Shown: positions 47,986 to 58,317, numbered from the stretch's first letter. The stretch: DNA of 64,000 nt from Gordonia paraffinivorans (GCA_036946345.1 JAQIJH010000001.1:41684-105683); one strand, 5' to 3'. Program-made: numbers and translations. Notes: a model not told the origin generated them from the sequence alone.

Positions 47986-48795
47986 TCAGGCCGGGCGTGC
48001 AGTCGCGTGTCGGTCGGCGAAATCCCACACCATGTCGGCCAGGACCTGCGGCGTCTCGATCTGGGGGAGGTGGCCGGCGTCGTCGATGACACGGAGCGTC
48101 GCGCCGGGGATGGCCTCGGCGTAGGCGCGGCCGTGGCTCGGTCCGACGATGCGATCCGCCGCGCCCCACACCACGAGGGTCGGGGCCGTGATCGACGGCA
48201 ACCGTCCCGCGAGGGCCGGGTCGGCCATGCTCACGCCGCCGTAGGTCAACAGCGCTGATCGGTTGCCTGCCATGGTTTCCCGCACCGCGTCGGGGAGTGA
48301 CTGCTGCGCTGCGCGGGCGGCCGCACGGTGCGACGAGTGGTAGCTCAAGTCCACTATCTCGTCCATGGTCAGCGAGAAGAAGTCGACGATGGGGTCGTCG
48401 GCTGAGGCGAGCCCGACGGCGTCGACGAGGACGACGCTGCTGATCCGATCGGAGTGGGCGAGCGCCATCTCGGCCGCGATCCACCCGCCGAGCGAGTTGC
48501 CGACGACGGTGACGTCGTGGAGGTCGAGGTCGTCGAGCAGTCCCAGGTACAGCCCCGCGAGGTCGGCCACGGACGCCAGCGTCGCGGGACGGTCGGTGCC
48601 GTCGAAGCCGGGGTGCGTCGGAACGAGGACACGCGCGGGATGTTCGCCGGCCAATTGAGCGGCGAACCCCGAGACCGACGCGGGGCCGGCTCCGCCGTGC
48701 AGCAGGAGAACCGGGTGGCCGTTGCCGGTCTCGGCGACGTGCAGATCGAGACGGGCGCCGCTCGGTGAGGTTGTCGGATGGATTGTGGTCGTCAT
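47986..48795 (-). CDS. Alpha/beta hydrolase
   Basis: LLHGGAG, HPGFDG, GNSLGG, AGHLPQIE. Confidence 0.88.
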   Translation of the reverse strand: MTTTIHPTTSPSGARLDLHVAETGNGHPVLLLHGGAGPASVSGFAAQLAGEHPARVLVPTHPGFDGTDRPATLASVADLAGLYLGLLDDLDLHDVTVVGNSLGGWIAAEMALAHSDRISSVVLVDAVGLASADDPIVDFFSLTMDEIVDLSYHSSHRAAARAAQQSLPDAVRETMAGNRSALLTYGGVSMADPALAGRLPSITAPTLVVWGAADRIVGPSHGRAYAEAIPGATLRVIDDAGHLPQIETPQVLADMVWDFADRHATARPA

Positions 48796-48831
48796 GGCGG
48801 CTCCTGTCTCGTGGTCTGCCATCACGCTAAG

Positions 48832-48857
48832 TCAACATATTTATATAAGCAAGTTGA
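48832..48857. promoter_or_regulatory. AT-rich inverted repeat, probable MarR operator
   Basis: TCAACATATTTAT/ATAAGCAAGTTGA (10 of 13 pairs) between the divergent hydrolase and marR genes. Confidence 0.55.
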
Positions 48858-48878
48858 TTCATCGTTTAGGCTCGTGCC

Positions 48879-49301
48879 GTGACCCGATCGCGGCAGGACG
48901 TCGCCCAACTCATCAAGCGGGTCCAGGGCACCCACCATCGCCTTCTCGACTCGGCGCTGACCGGGCGCGGCGTCACGCTGGTGCAGTGGGACGCGCTCCG
49001 GCACCTCGCCCACCATCCCGACGCCTCACTGCATGAGCTGGCGCAGCGGACGTTCCAGAGCGATCAGGCCTTCGGCACGTTGGCGCGCCGGATGGAGGAG
49101 CGCGGACTGGTCGAGCGGACGTCCGGGCCGGGTCGGGTCGTCCGACTGGTCATGACCGACGCGGGCCGTGACCTGCTCGAGGAGGGCCGCGGGGTCGTCG
49201 ACGAGGTCCTCGAGTCGACGGTCGGCCACCTGTCGCAGCGCGAGCTGGACCAACTCGGCAGTTTGCTCGCGCGGGTGCTCGACGGCGTCAGCGCCGACTG
49301 A
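48879..49301 (+). CDS. MarR-family regulator
   Basis: TLVQWDALR, SLHELAQRTFQSDQAFGTLARRM, MTDAGR. Confidence 0.88.
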   Translation: MTRSRQDVAQLIKRVQGTHHRLLDSALTGRGVTLVQWDALRHLAHHPDASLHELAQRTFQSDQAFGTLARRMEERGLVERTSGPGRVVRLVMTDAGRDLLEEGRGVVDEVLESTVGHLSQRELDQLGSLLARVLDGVSAD

Positions 49302-50226
49302 ACAGCTCCCGACGACCCTTCTGACGCAACGCGACCCACTCGCGGAAGCCCGCGACGTCGCGCTGCTGCACCAGGAAGTACCAGCCGAACCGGGCGTACT
49401 CCTGGGGGATCAGACGCCGCAGTCCGGGCTGGTGGAGCAGCCAGCCGCGGTTCCGATAGGTGTAGTAGCGCTTGTTCGCGTCGTCGGGGTACTGGGTGTG
49501 CATCCGCCCGCCGAGGATCGGCCGGAACTCGGCGGTCCCGTCCGGGTGCAGGTAGGCGGTGATCAGGCAGGTCCCGAATCGCAGCCCCGACCGCGCCAGG
49601 CGGCGGTGCATCTCGACCTCGTCGCCCCGGACGAACAGCCGCAGGTCCGGGACCCCGACCGCCTCGATCGCCCGCGCCGAGAACAGCGCCCCGTTCATCA
49701 GGGACGCGATGCCGTCGAGGACCTCCTGCGAGGAGGTGTCCTCGCCGGGCTGAAACAGTTCGGATCGCCTGCGGCGCCAGACGAGTCCGCGCCGCAGCGG
49801 GAAAGCCAGGGTGTCGGCGTCGTCGATGTTGACCACCACCGGCGACAGCTCGTCGTAACCGCCCGCGACCGCGCAGCGGAGCAACGTCGCGAGGACCTCC
49901 GGCCCCTCGGGGCGACCGTCGTCGTCGGCGCACCACACCCAGTCGGCGCCGAGTGCGAGCGCATGCAGGATGCCGAGTGCGAAACCGCCTGCGCCACCGA
50001 GGTTGTGCTTCGAACCCAGATAGGTGGTCGGGATCGACTGCGCGTCGACGAGATCGGCGACACCCTGTTCGTCACCGTTGTCGACGACGACGAGGTGGTC
50101 GACCGGCCGGCTCTGCGTGGTGAGGATCTCGAGCGACTGCGCGAGCAGCTCCCGACGACGGTGCGTCACGACGACCGCGACGACGGTGTCGGTGGTCTGC
50201 GACTCCCCGCTCCCGGGCACCCTCAC
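49288..50226 (-). CDS. glfT1: Galactofuranosyltransferase GlfT1 (Rv3782-like)
   Basis: VVVTHRR, NLGGAGGF, WCADDDGRP, RGDEVEMHRR, YYTYRNRG; GTGA overlap with wzt. Confidence 0.92.
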   Translation of the reverse strand: MRVPGSGESQTTDTVVAVVVTHRRRELLAQSLEILTTQSRPVDHLVVVDNGDEQGVADLVDAQSIPTTYLGSKHNLGGAGGFALGILHALALGADWVWCADDDGRPEGPEVLATLLRCAVAGGYDELSPVVVNIDDADTLAFPLRRGLVWRRRRSELFQPGEDTSSQEVLDGIASLMNGALFSARAIEAVGVPDLRLFVRGDEVEMHRRLARSGLRFGTCLITAYLHPDGTAEFRPILGGRMHTQYPDDANKRYYTYRNRGWLLHQPGLRRLIPQEYARFGWYFLVQQRDVAGFREWVALRQKGRRELFSRR

Positions 50227-51032
50227 GCCTCGGCGGCGGCGTCGCCCGCGACGTCGGCGAGGACCTCGCGGACGTGCCGCGCGGCATCGGGTCCCTCGTA
50301 GGCGCCGACGACGGACTCGATGTCGCCGTCCATGCGGATCTCTCCCCGGTCGATCCACAGCGCGCGGTCGCAGAGCTGGGCGAGGAACTCGTTGGAGTGG
50401 CTCGCGAAGACGAGGATGCCGGAGCGCTTCACCAACTCCTGCAGGCGTACCCGGGCCTTGCGCATGAAGTCCGCGTCGACCGCGCCGATGCCCTCGTCGA
50501 GGATGAGGATCTCCGGATCGATGCTGGTGACCACGCCGAGGGACACCCGAACGCGCATACCGGTCGAGTAGGTGCGCAGCGGCATCGTCAGATAGTCACC
50601 CAGCTCGGTGAACTCGGCGATCTCGTCGACGCGCTTGAGCATCTCGCGACGGCTCATCCCGAGGAACATGCCCCGGATGATGATGTTCTCGTAGCCGGAG
50701 ATCTCGGGGTCCATGCCGACGCCGAGGTCGAAGACCGGCGCCACGCGACCGCGGATGCGGCACGCTCCACGGGTGGGTTCGTAGATCCCCGACAGCAGGC
50801 GCAGCAGTGTCGACTTGCCGGCGCCGTTGTGCCCGACGAGACCGATGCGGTCTCCGTGCTGCAGGTGCAGGTCGATGTTCTTCAGCGCCTCGACGACGAC
50901 GACGTCGGAGTCGTTGGCGCCGATGACACCACCGGCCTTGCCCAGCACCGACTTCTTCAGCGACCGCGTCTTGGCGTCGAAGATGGGGAAGTCGACGCAG
51001 GCGCCCCAGGCGTCGAGTTGGACCGCCGTCAT
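50223..51032 (-). CDS. wzt: Galactan export ABC transporter ATPase (Rv3781-like)
   Basis: FPIFDAKTRSLKK, GHNGAGKS, YSTGM, ILDEGIGAVD. Confidence 0.93.
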   Translation of the reverse strand: MTAVQLDAWGACVDFPIFDAKTRSLKKSVLGKAGGVIGANDSDVVVVEALKNIDLHLQHGDRIGLVGHNGAGKSTLLRLLSGIYEPTRGACRIRGRVAPVFDLGVGMDPEISGYENIIIRGMFLGMSRREMLKRVDEIAEFTELGDYLTMPLRTYSTGMRVRVSLGVVTSIDPEILILDEGIGAVDADFMRKARVRLQELVKRSGILVFASHSNEFLAQLCDRALWIDRGEIRMDGDIESVVGAYEGPDAARHVREVLADVAGDAAAEA

Positions 51033-51060
51033 CGCATCGCTCCGCTCACCGTGTTTCCCA

Positions 51061-51918
51061 TCAGACCCAGTACGCGACCCGGGCGCGGTAGTTGCGCAGC
51101 ACGACCATCGCCAGGGCCCATCCCGCGACGGTGCACCCGAGCACCACGACCCAGCTGTGCCACGAGATGGGGGAGCCCACCAGCGGACCGCGGGTGATCT
51201 CCAGGTAGTGGTACATCGGGTTCAGCTGGACGAGGGTCAGACGGTAGTCACCGCCGTTCGTTCGGGCGCGGATGCTGTCGGCGGTCCAGATGATCGGGGT
51301 GAGGAAGAACACCAACTGCACCAGGGTGTTCAGCAGCTGGCCGATGTCGCGGAACCGGGTCGACATGACCCCGAAGACGATGGTGACCCACACCGCGTTC
51401 AGCGCCAGGAGCGTGATCCCGGGGATGACCAGCAGGATGGTCCAGCTGATGGGCTGCGGGAAGATCGCGAACATCACGACGTAGATCACGATGTTGTGGG
51501 CGAAGATGATCAGCTGCCGCCAGACCAGGCGGTAGACGTGCACGCTCAGCGGCGCAGGGATCTGTTTCAGCAGTCCCTCGTTGCTGGAGAACACCACCGA
51601 GCCCTCCAGGATGGACTGGCTGATGAAGTTCCAGAAGATCAGGCCGAGCGTGACGTGTGGCAAGAACGTCTTGATGTCTATGTGGAAGAGCTCGGCGTAG
51701 AGGAAACCCATCGCGACCGCCGTCACCGCGGTGGCGACGGTGATCCACAACGGCCCGAGCATCGACCGGCGGTACCGCTGCTTGATGTCCTGCCAGCCGA
51801 GCAGCAGCCACAGCTCGGATTGGCGGAAGCCGTCGCGCAGGTCGTCGACGGCACGACGCACGGTGCGTGAGTCGACGACTTCCGGTGGGGGTTCGACCCC
51901 CGGGGCGACGGTGGACAC
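51061..51918 (-). CDS. wzm: Galactan export ABC transporter permease (Rv3783-like)
   Basis: WQDIKQRYRRSMLGPLW, RFRDI, FFLTPIIW, YRARVAYWV. Confidence 0.92.
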   Translation of the reverse strand: MSTVAPGVEPPPEVVDSRTVRRAVDDLRDGFRQSELWLLLGWQDIKQRYRRSMLGPLWITVATAVTAVAMGFLYAELFHIDIKTFLPHVTLGLIFWNFISQSILEGSVVFSSNEGLLKQIPAPLSVHVYRLVWRQLIIFAHNIVIYVVMFAIFPQPISWTILLVIPGITLLALNAVWVTIVFGVMSTRFRDIGQLLNTLVQLVFFLTPIIWTADSIRARTNGGDYRLTLVQLNPMYHYLEITRGPLVGSPISWHSWVVVLGCTVAGWALAMVVLRNYRARVAYWV

Positions 51919-51937
51919 GAGGGTCGAGACTACCGGG

Positions 51938-52498
51938 CTACAGGTACTGCCCCGTCCCGGTCACTCCGTGGCCGCCGTGACCGCCGGGGCCTCCGGGCCC
52001 ACCCGGACCGGGGAGCTGGCCCTGTCGCATCTGCTCGAGCTGTGCCCGCGCCGCCATCTGCTGCGCGAAGAGGGCGGTCTGGATCCCGTGGAAGAGGCCC
52101 TCGAGCCAGCCGACGAGCTGCGCCTGCGCGATGCGCAGTTCCGCGTCAGAGGGCGTCTGCTCGTCGCCGAACGGGAGGGCGAGGCGCTGCAGTTCGTCGC
52201 GGAGCTCGGGGGCCAGGCCCTCCTCCAACTCGCGGATCGACGACGCGTGGATGTCCTTCAGTCGCGTGCGGCTCGCGTCGTCGAGAGGCGCGGCGCGGAC
52301 CTCCTCCAGGAGCTGCTTGATCATCGTGCCGATCCGCATGACCTTCGCCGGCTGCTCCACCATGTCGGCGATGCCGCCCTGCTGCTCGTCGGAGTCCTCG
52401 CCCTTGCCCGCGGAGTCACGCGACCCGGGACCGACGACGACGATGTCGTCGCGGTCGGACTGGTTGTCGGGACCCGAACCGAACAGTGGTGACGTCAT
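51938..52498 (-). CDS. bpa: Bacterial proteasome activator Bpa/PafE
   Basis: VEQPAKVMRIGTMIKQLLEEV; C-terminal GQYL. Confidence 0.95.
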   Translation of the reverse strand: MTSPLFGSGPDNQSDRDDIVVVGPGSRDSAGKGEDSDEQQGGIADMVEQPAKVMRIGTMIKQLLEEVRAAPLDDASRTRLKDIHASSIRELEEGLAPELRDELQRLALPFGDEQTPSDAELRIAQAQLVGWLEGLFHGIQTALFAQQMAARAQLEQMRQGQLPGPGGPGGPGGHGGHGVTGTGQYL

Positions 52499-52671
52499 GC
52501 ACCCATTGTGCTGCAGGCCCCGACAGGGTTGCGAGGACCCTGCATGGCGTCGTCGGTCGATCGGACGTCGTCACCTGCGGCGATGACGCATGCGTGGATG
52601 CTCACAGGTCCGGGTTCGGCGGTGTGAACGACCCCCGAGGGGCGCTCCGGCGCGGGTCTATGGTGTCTGCC

Positions 52672-53868
52672 ATGACCTACGACGTCGCACGGGTACGCGG
52701 GCTGTTCCCGTCGCTCGGCGACGGGTGGATCCACCTCGATCCGCAGGCCGGGAGCCAGATCCCCGACTCGGTCGCGTCGACGGTGTCGAAGGCGTTCCGC
52801 GCGCTCGTGTCGCAGCCCGGCGGGGTCTACCCGGCCGCACGGCAGTCGCAGGCGGTCGTCGACGCCGCGCGTCAGGCGGTGGCCGACCTCGTCGGCGGGG
52901 ACCCGGCCGGGGTGGTCCTCGGACCGAGCCGCGGCATCCTGCTGTCCACGCTCGCCGAGGCGCTGCCGCCGCGGGTCTGGCTGGGGTCGACCGCCGTGGT
53001 CAGTCGTCTCGACGACGAGCCCAACATCATCGGATGGCTGCGCGCGGCCGATCGGTACGGCGCCCGGGTGCGCTGGGCCGAGGTGGACATCGAGAACGGC
53101 GACCTGCCCCCGTGGCAGTACTCCGACCTCCTCGACGACTCGACGGCGATCGTGGCCGTGACGGCCGCCTCGTCGACCATCGGGACGGTGACAGACATCG
53201 CCGCGATCGGCGCCGCGGCCCGCGACGCCGGCGCGCTGTTCGTCGTCGACGCGACGTCGGCCGCGCCGTACACCGTCCTGGACATCGAGGCGATGGGCGC
53301 CGACGTCCTCGTCGTGTCCGCGGAGCGGTGGGGCGGGCCGCAGGTCGCGGCGCTCGCGTTCCGCGACCCGGGCCGGATCGCGACGCTGCGGCCGTCGGGG
53401 CTGTCGAGGTCGACGAGCGGTCCCGCGCGACTCGAGGTCGACGGACTCCACCACGCGCTCCTCGCCGGACTCGCCGCGTCGGTGGAGCACCTCGCGTCGC
53501 TCGACGAGGCCGCGACGGGCAGTCGACGTGAGCGGCTGATCACCTCGATCGGCAGCCTGAACGGCTACCTGCGACGACTCACCGCCTACCTCGCGCAGTC
53601 GGTGTCGCACCTCGACTTCGTGCACATGGTCGGCTCCACCGCCGACCGTGTCCCTACGGTCAGCTTCACCGTCGACGGTGTCGCCGCCGACAAGGTCGCC
53701 CGACGCCTCGCGGACAACGGCATCTGCGCCCTCGTGGACCAGCCGAGCCGAGCGCTCGACGTCATCGGCGTCGGCGATGTCGGGGGAGCGGTGACCATCG
53801 GACTGGGCCAGTACTCGACGCCCTACGAGGTCGACCAGTTGGTGCGTTGCCTCGGATCGCTCGGCTGA
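52672..53868 (+). CDS. Cysteine desulfurase-like protein (Rv3778c-like)
   Basis: YDVARVRGLFPSLGDGWIH, SRLDDEPNI, WAEVDIENGDLP; synteny with bpa and the quinone oxidoreductase. Confidence 0.9.
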   Translation: MTYDVARVRGLFPSLGDGWIHLDPQAGSQIPDSVASTVSKAFRALVSQPGGVYPAARQSQAVVDAARQAVADLVGGDPAGVVLGPSRGILLSTLAEALPPRVWLGSTAVVSRLDDEPNIIGWLRAADRYGARVRWAEVDIENGDLPPWQYSDLLDDSTAIVAVTAASSTIGTVTDIAAIGAAARDAGALFVVDATSAAPYTVLDIEAMGADVLVVSAERWGGPQVAALAFRDPGRIATLRPSGLSRSTSGPARLEVDGLHHALLAGLAASVEHLASLDEAATGSRRERLITSIGSLNGYLRRLTAYLAQSVSHLDFVHMVGSTADRVPTVSFTVDGVAADKVARRLADNGICALVDQPSRALDVIGVGDVGGAVTIGLGQYSTPYEVDQLVRCLGSLG

Positions 53869-53889
53869 CCGTCGCAGACGCGCCGGGGC

Positions 53890-54867
53890 TCAGACCGTGA
53901 GCAGGACCTTCCCGACGGCGTCGCCGCCGTCGAGGTGACGGTGTGCCGCGTCGGCGTCGTCGAGCGGGAACGTGCGGTCGACGACGGGGCGGATGCTGCC
54001 GTCGGCGATGAGCGGCCAGGTGGTCTCGCGGACCCCGGTCATGACGGTGCCCTTGCCGGTCGGGCCCTCGACGGGACGTCCGCGCAGGTTGGTGGCGGTG
54101 ACCGACGCGCGTTTCGGGAGCAGCTTCGAGATGTCGAGCTCGGCCTTCGCGCCGCCCTGCATCCCGATGATCACCAGTCGTCCGCCGGAGGCGAGGGCGT
54201 CGACGTTCCGGGCGAGGTACTTCGCGCCGATGATGTCGAGGATGACGTCCGCGCCGCCGAGGTCGCCGACGATGTCGACGAAGTCGTCCTGGTGGTAGTC
54301 GATGAGCGTCGTCGCACCGAACTGCGCACAGATGTCGAGCTTGCGTTGCGACCCGGCGGTCACGGCGACCTCGGCACCGAGGGCGCGAGCGAGCTGGATC
54401 GCGTGCGTGCCGATGCCGCTGGCGCCGCCGTGGACGAGCAGTCGTTCACCGGACTGCAGGCCTGCGACGAGGACGAGGTTCGACCACACCGTCGCGGCGA
54501 CCTCCGGCAGCGCCGCCGCCTCGACGAGGTCGACACCCTCGGGCACCGGGAGAACCTGCACGGCCGGGACAGCGACGTACTCGGCGTATCCGCCGCCGGC
54601 GAGCAGCGCGCACACCTGGTCGCCGACGGCGAGGTCGGTGACGCCCTCGCCCAGCTCGTCGACCGTTCCCGACACCTCGAGCCCGAGTATCGGACTCGCG
54701 CCGGGCGGCGGCGGATAGAGGCCCTGTCGCTGCATGAGGTCGGCACGGTTCAGTCCGGCGGCCGCGACGGCGATGACGACCTCGCCAGGGCCGGCGGACG
54801 GGCGGTCGACGGTCGTGGGTACGAGGCGGGAGTCCGGGCCCTCGTTCTCGACGGAGATGGCGCGCAT
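53890..54867 (-). CDS. NAD(P)H-quinone oxidoreductase (Rv3777-like)
   Basis: GLNRADLMQRQG, GGGYAEY, HGGASGIG, GKVLL. Confidence 0.92.
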   Translation of the reverse strand: MRAISVENEGPDSRLVPTTVDRPSAGPGEVVIAVAAAGLNRADLMQRQGLYPPPPGASPILGLEVSGTVDELGEGVTDLAVGDQVCALLAGGGYAEYVAVPAVQVLPVPEGVDLVEAAALPEVAATVWSNLVLVAGLQSGERLLVHGGASGIGTHAIQLARALGAEVAVTAGSQRKLDICAQFGATTLIDYHQDDFVDIVGDLGGADVILDIIGAKYLARNVDALASGGRLVIIGMQGGAKAELDISKLLPKRASVTATNLRGRPVEGPTGKGTVMTGVRETTWPLIADGSIRPVVDRTFPLDDADAAHRHLDGGDAVGKVLLTV

Positions 54868-55072
54868 GCCTCCTGCAACCGTCGTCGTCGGCCACCATTC
54901 CCGAACGATCGCTAGAGCGCACGCGTGAGCCTTTTGTGATGTTTGACCTGCGGAAATGATGCGATCAGCCGACTGCCCGACACGTCGGCTCGGCGCTACT
55001 GTCGAGGTGCCGAGACAAGGCGCCTTCCGTTCAGTGCTGCGCGGGATCGCCCGAAGTGACGTTGGGGGGGCG

Positions 55073-55588
55073 ATGTTCAGCACAGGCGACGACCTGGAGC
55101 CGCAGCACGACGCCCGCGTCGTCTCGCTCCACACCGTCCGCGACGACGGTCCGCTCCGCGCCGACGAGCAACACGCGTGGCGCAGCTTCGTGGAGGGCAC
55201 CCAGGCTCTGTTGACCTTCTTCGACCGCGAACTGGTCGAGGAGGCCGACCTGGCGCTGGGCGAGTACATGATCCTCGAGGCCCTGGCCGATCATCCCGTG
55301 CTCCGCATGACCGATCTGGCCGGTGGCGGTCTGGCGTCGCGCAGCACCATCTCGCGGCAGGTGTCGCGTCTCGTCGACCTCGGCGACGTCGAGCGCATCC
55401 CGGACACCAGCGACGCACGCAACCGACTCGTCCGCATCACCGAGGCCGGTCGGGAGCACCTCCGCCGCGCGGCCACGGGTCACGCCGACCGCGTGCGACG
55501 GCATCTGCTGGCCCATGTCGACCGGAGGCCCGGTCACGTGGGCGACCTGGACGCGTTCTTCCGGGACATCCGCGAGGGGCTGGAGTAG
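55073..55588 (+). CDS. MarR-family regulator
   Basis: EYMILEAL, LRMTDLA, SRSTISRQVSRL, DAR..ITEAGR. Confidence 0.87.
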   Translation: MFSTGDDLEPQHDARVVSLHTVRDDGPLRADEQHAWRSFVEGTQALLTFFDRELVEEADLALGEYMILEALADHPVLRMTDLAGGGLASRSTISRQVSRLVDLGDVERIPDTSDARNRLVRITEAGREHLRRAATGHADRVRRHLLAHVDRRPGHVGDLDAFFRDIREGLE

Positions 55589-55631
55589 CGCGGAAACCGG
55601 CTCGACCGGCTGCGTTACCCTGACCGGCGAG

Positions 55632-55716
55632 GGAAGTGTGGCAGAGCGGCCGAATGCACTCGCCTTGAAAGCGAGCGTGGGTGAAACCACCGGGGGTTCA
55701 AATCCCTCCACTTCCG
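55632..55716 (+). tRNA. tRNA-Ser (anticodon TGA), CCA not encoded
   Basis: Acceptor GGAAGTG/CACTTCC, anticodon arm CTCGC-CTTGAAA-GCGAG, long variable arm, GGTTCAAATCC T-loop, G discriminator. Confidence 0.95.
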
Positions 55717-55831
55717 CAAGATCCCGCGAGCACTGTCCGAATCCCGCGCCCACAGAGGACATCGCGGTCACAGAGACCACGGACCGCCTCCACGACGCGG
55801 ATTTCGGACACTCCTCCGTAGGGTCCTTGCC

Positions 55832-56437
55832 GTGAGCGGCCGAGGATCGATCGACGGGCGGTGGAACCACAACATCCACTACCACCGTGTCGTGCTCGAC
55901 GCTGTACCCGAGGGGGCGCGGACAGCACTCGACGTCGGCACCGGCAACGGCCTGCTCGCGCGGGACCTTGCCGCGATCGTCCCGTCGATCACCGGGCTCG
56001 ACGTGGACCTGGCGACCCTGGCGTCGGCCCGCGACGGGTCGGCGGCAGTCGAGTGGGTGCACGGCGACGTGATGACACATCCGTTCACGCCCGGGTCCTT
56101 CGACGTTGTCGCCTCCGTGGCGACGCTGCATCACCTCGGTGATCCACTGCCGGCGCTGAAGCGCTTCGCGGACCTGACCGCACGTGGCGGCGTCGTCGTG
56201 GTCGTGGGGCTTGCGCGGACGTCGACCGTCAGCGATGTCGCGATTCATCTCGTCGGCGCCGTGCAGCATCGCGTGCTGTCCGCGCGACACGGGTTCTGGG
56301 AGCACACCGCTCCCATGCTCTGGCCGCCACCCCACACCTATCGAGAGATGCGTGAGGCTGCCCGAGAAGCGCTGCCGGGTTGTCGGTGGCGTCGACTGCC
56401 GATGTGGCGCTACGTAATCGCGTGGCGTAAACCCTGA
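55832..56437 (+). CDS. Class I SAM-dependent methyltransferase
   Basis: WNHNIHYH, LDVGTGNG, SFDVVASVATLHH. Confidence 0.88.
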   Translation: MSGRGSIDGRWNHNIHYHRVVLDAVPEGARTALDVGTGNGLLARDLAAIVPSITGLDVDLATLASARDGSAAVEWVHGDVMTHPFTPGSFDVVASVATLHHLGDPLPALKRFADLTARGGVVVVVGLARTSTVSDVAIHLVGAVQHRVLSARHGFWEHTAPMLWPPPHTYREMREAAREALPGCRWRRLPMWRYVIAWRKP

Positions 56438-56438
56438 C

Positions 56439-57152
56439 TCAGACCCCGAACAGCGGCGGCAGGGCGAGAAGGATGACCGACGTCCAGGCGACGTGGGTGA
56501 GGATCGGGGCGAGGACGCCCTCGGTGGCGCGTCGTTCGACGGCCGCGACGAAGCCGAGGAAGATCGCCGCGAAGCCGAGCATCGGGTTCCCGCTCGCCAT
56601 CGTCACGACGATGTAGATCAGCGTCGAGAACACGACGGGGTAGTGCCGGCCGAGCGCGGAGTACAGGGCGCCGCGGAAGAACAACTCCTCGGCGATGCCG
56701 TTCACGAGTGCGATGACCACCACGACGGCGAGGTTGCCGGCCGTGGCGTGCTCGAACACCGACGTGACGAGGTCCTTGAGCGGCGGGATGGTCCGCACGA
56801 CGAGCCCGCCGACGACGAACACCAGGCCGAGCCCGAGGCCCACACCGATGCCGGTGAGGATGGGCCGACGTCGATGCCCGCGCCAGGTGACGCGACCGAG
56901 GTGCAAGGGCCGCGACAGCGCCGCGCCGACGCACCACACCGCGGCGAGGGCGAGTGTGTAGACGTAGAAGATCGCGTCGCCGGGCTTCGTCGACAACGAC
57001 AGCCCGAGGAACACCGAACCGATCACCAGGAAGACGACGACCACGATGCGTCGGCGCTTGATGGTGCGCGGCGGCTCGGCGGGGTGGGCGGGCTCCTTGT
57101 GGAGCACGGCCCCGCGCAACTGGTCCCAGCCCTCGGTCACCAACGTGGTCAC
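56439..57152 (-). CDS. CPBP/Abi-family intramembrane protease
   Basis: AEELFFRG, APILTHVAW. Confidence 0.88.
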   Translation of the reverse strand: MTTLVTEGWDQLRGAVLHKEPAHPAEPPRTIKRRRIVVVVFLVIGSVFLGLSLSTKPGDAIFYVYTLALAAVWCVGAALSRPLHLGRVTWRGHRRRPILTGIGVGLGLGLVFVVGGLVVRTIPPLKDLVTSVFEHATAGNLAVVVVIALVNGIAEELFFRGALYSALGRHYPVVFSTLIYIVVTMASGNPMLGFAAIFLGFVAAVERRATEGVLAPILTHVAWTSVILLALPPLFGV

Positions 57153-57156
57153 ATGA

Positions 57157-58317
57157 TCACCGTCCCAGGTGGTGGTTGACCCGGGCAACCGCTGCGGCCG
57201 CGAAGTCCCATCCGACGCGGACGGCGCCCGCGGCCGGACCGGACGCCAGCACCAGCGAAGCACCGAGACGCTCGAACTGATCCCACCCGTCGGCCGACAC
57301 CGTCGCGGCACCCAGATGCCGGATGCGGGCGACGTCACCGCCCGCCCAGTCGGGATCGGTGTCGGCGAGGTGGTGCGGGTCGGTCAGTCGGTTCACGGGG
57401 CGGGGCGTGCCGCCGGACAGCGCGCGACCGATCGCCTCGCGGACGGTGAGCAGTCCGCCCGGCGGGTCCGGGATCAGCGAGCGTATGCGGCTCTCCGAGG
57501 CGTACATCGGGTAGTCGAGGGAGGCGACCAGATCGCCGGTCAGGCCGCTGGGGACGGGCACCAGCAGCCCGCTGACCTTGGACGCGAGTCCCGTACCGAA
57601 ACCGCGCAGCGGCAGGGGGATCCGTCGACGATGTGCGACCGAGAGATAGGTCATCAGCACATCGCGGTAGCTGGACTCGTCGGCACCGGCGACGTCGTAG
57701 TCGCCGGCGGGCAGTCGGGACTCGTCGGCCGCGGCGACGAGGTAGTGCACCACGTCGCGGACGGAGATCGGGTCCATCTTGTTGTCGGCCCAGGCGGGAA
57801 GCGGGATGACGGGCAGCCGGTCGGCGAGGTAGCGGATCAGCTCGAACGACGTCGAGCCGGCGCCGAGGACGACCGCCGCACGCAGCCAGACCAGCTCGGG
57901 GCCGTCGGGCACCGTCAGGTGCTCGGCGACCTCGGCGCGACTGACGAGGTGCTCCGACAGCTTCTCGTCCTCGGGGACGAACCCGCCGAGGTAGACGATG
58001 CGGGACACGCCGTTGTCGCGGGCCGCCTCGGCGACATTGCGTGCCGCGGCGTTGTCCTTGGCGCGGAAACCGGGCTCGCCGATCCCGTGCACGAGGTAGT
58101 AGACGACGTCGATGGGCCCGACGGCACCGAACGCGGTGGCGGCTGCGGTCCGGTCCGACGCGTCCAGCGCGACGGGCACGATGTCGTCGTACCAGCCGTA
58201 CGCGGCGAGGCCATCGGGCTTACGGGAGGCGGCGATCACCTCGTGTCCGGCGTCGAGCAAGCCGGTGACCAGTCGTGACCCGACGTAGCCGCTGGCACCG
58301 GTCACCAGGATGCGCAT
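57157..58317 (-). CDS. NAD(P)-binding extended SDR (YbjT-like)
   Basis: TGASGYVG, YYLVHG, IVYLGG, GSTSFELIR. Confidence 0.88.
   Translation of the reverse strand: MRILVTGASGYVGSRLVTGLLDAGHEVIAASRKPDGLAAYGWYDDIVPVALDASDRTAAATAFGAVGPIDVVYYLVHGIGEPGFRAKDNAAARNVAEAARDNGVSRIVYLGGFVPEDEKLSEHLVSRAEVAEHLTVPDGPELVWLRAAVVLGAGSTSFELIRYLADRLPVIPLPAWADNKMDPISVRDVVHYLVAAADESRLPAGDYDVAGADESSYRDVLMTYLSVAHRRRIPLPLRGFGTGLASKVSGLLVPVPSGLTGDLVASLDYPMYASESRIRSLIPDPPGGLLTVREAIGRALSGGTPRPVNRLTDPHHLADTDPDWAGGDVARIRHLGAATVSADGWDQFERLGASLVLASGPAAGAVRVGWDFAAAAVARVNHHLGR

Noticed and set aside
52672-53868. Missing PLP lysine (SAERWGGP) as a sign of pseudogenisation
   Set aside because: To my knowledge this is typical of the Rv3778c-like subfamily; the ORF is intact and syntenic.
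55632-56437. Genomic island integrated at tRNA-Ser
   Set aside because: No integrase and no duplicated tRNA 3' end found in the window; only a single methyltransferase follows.
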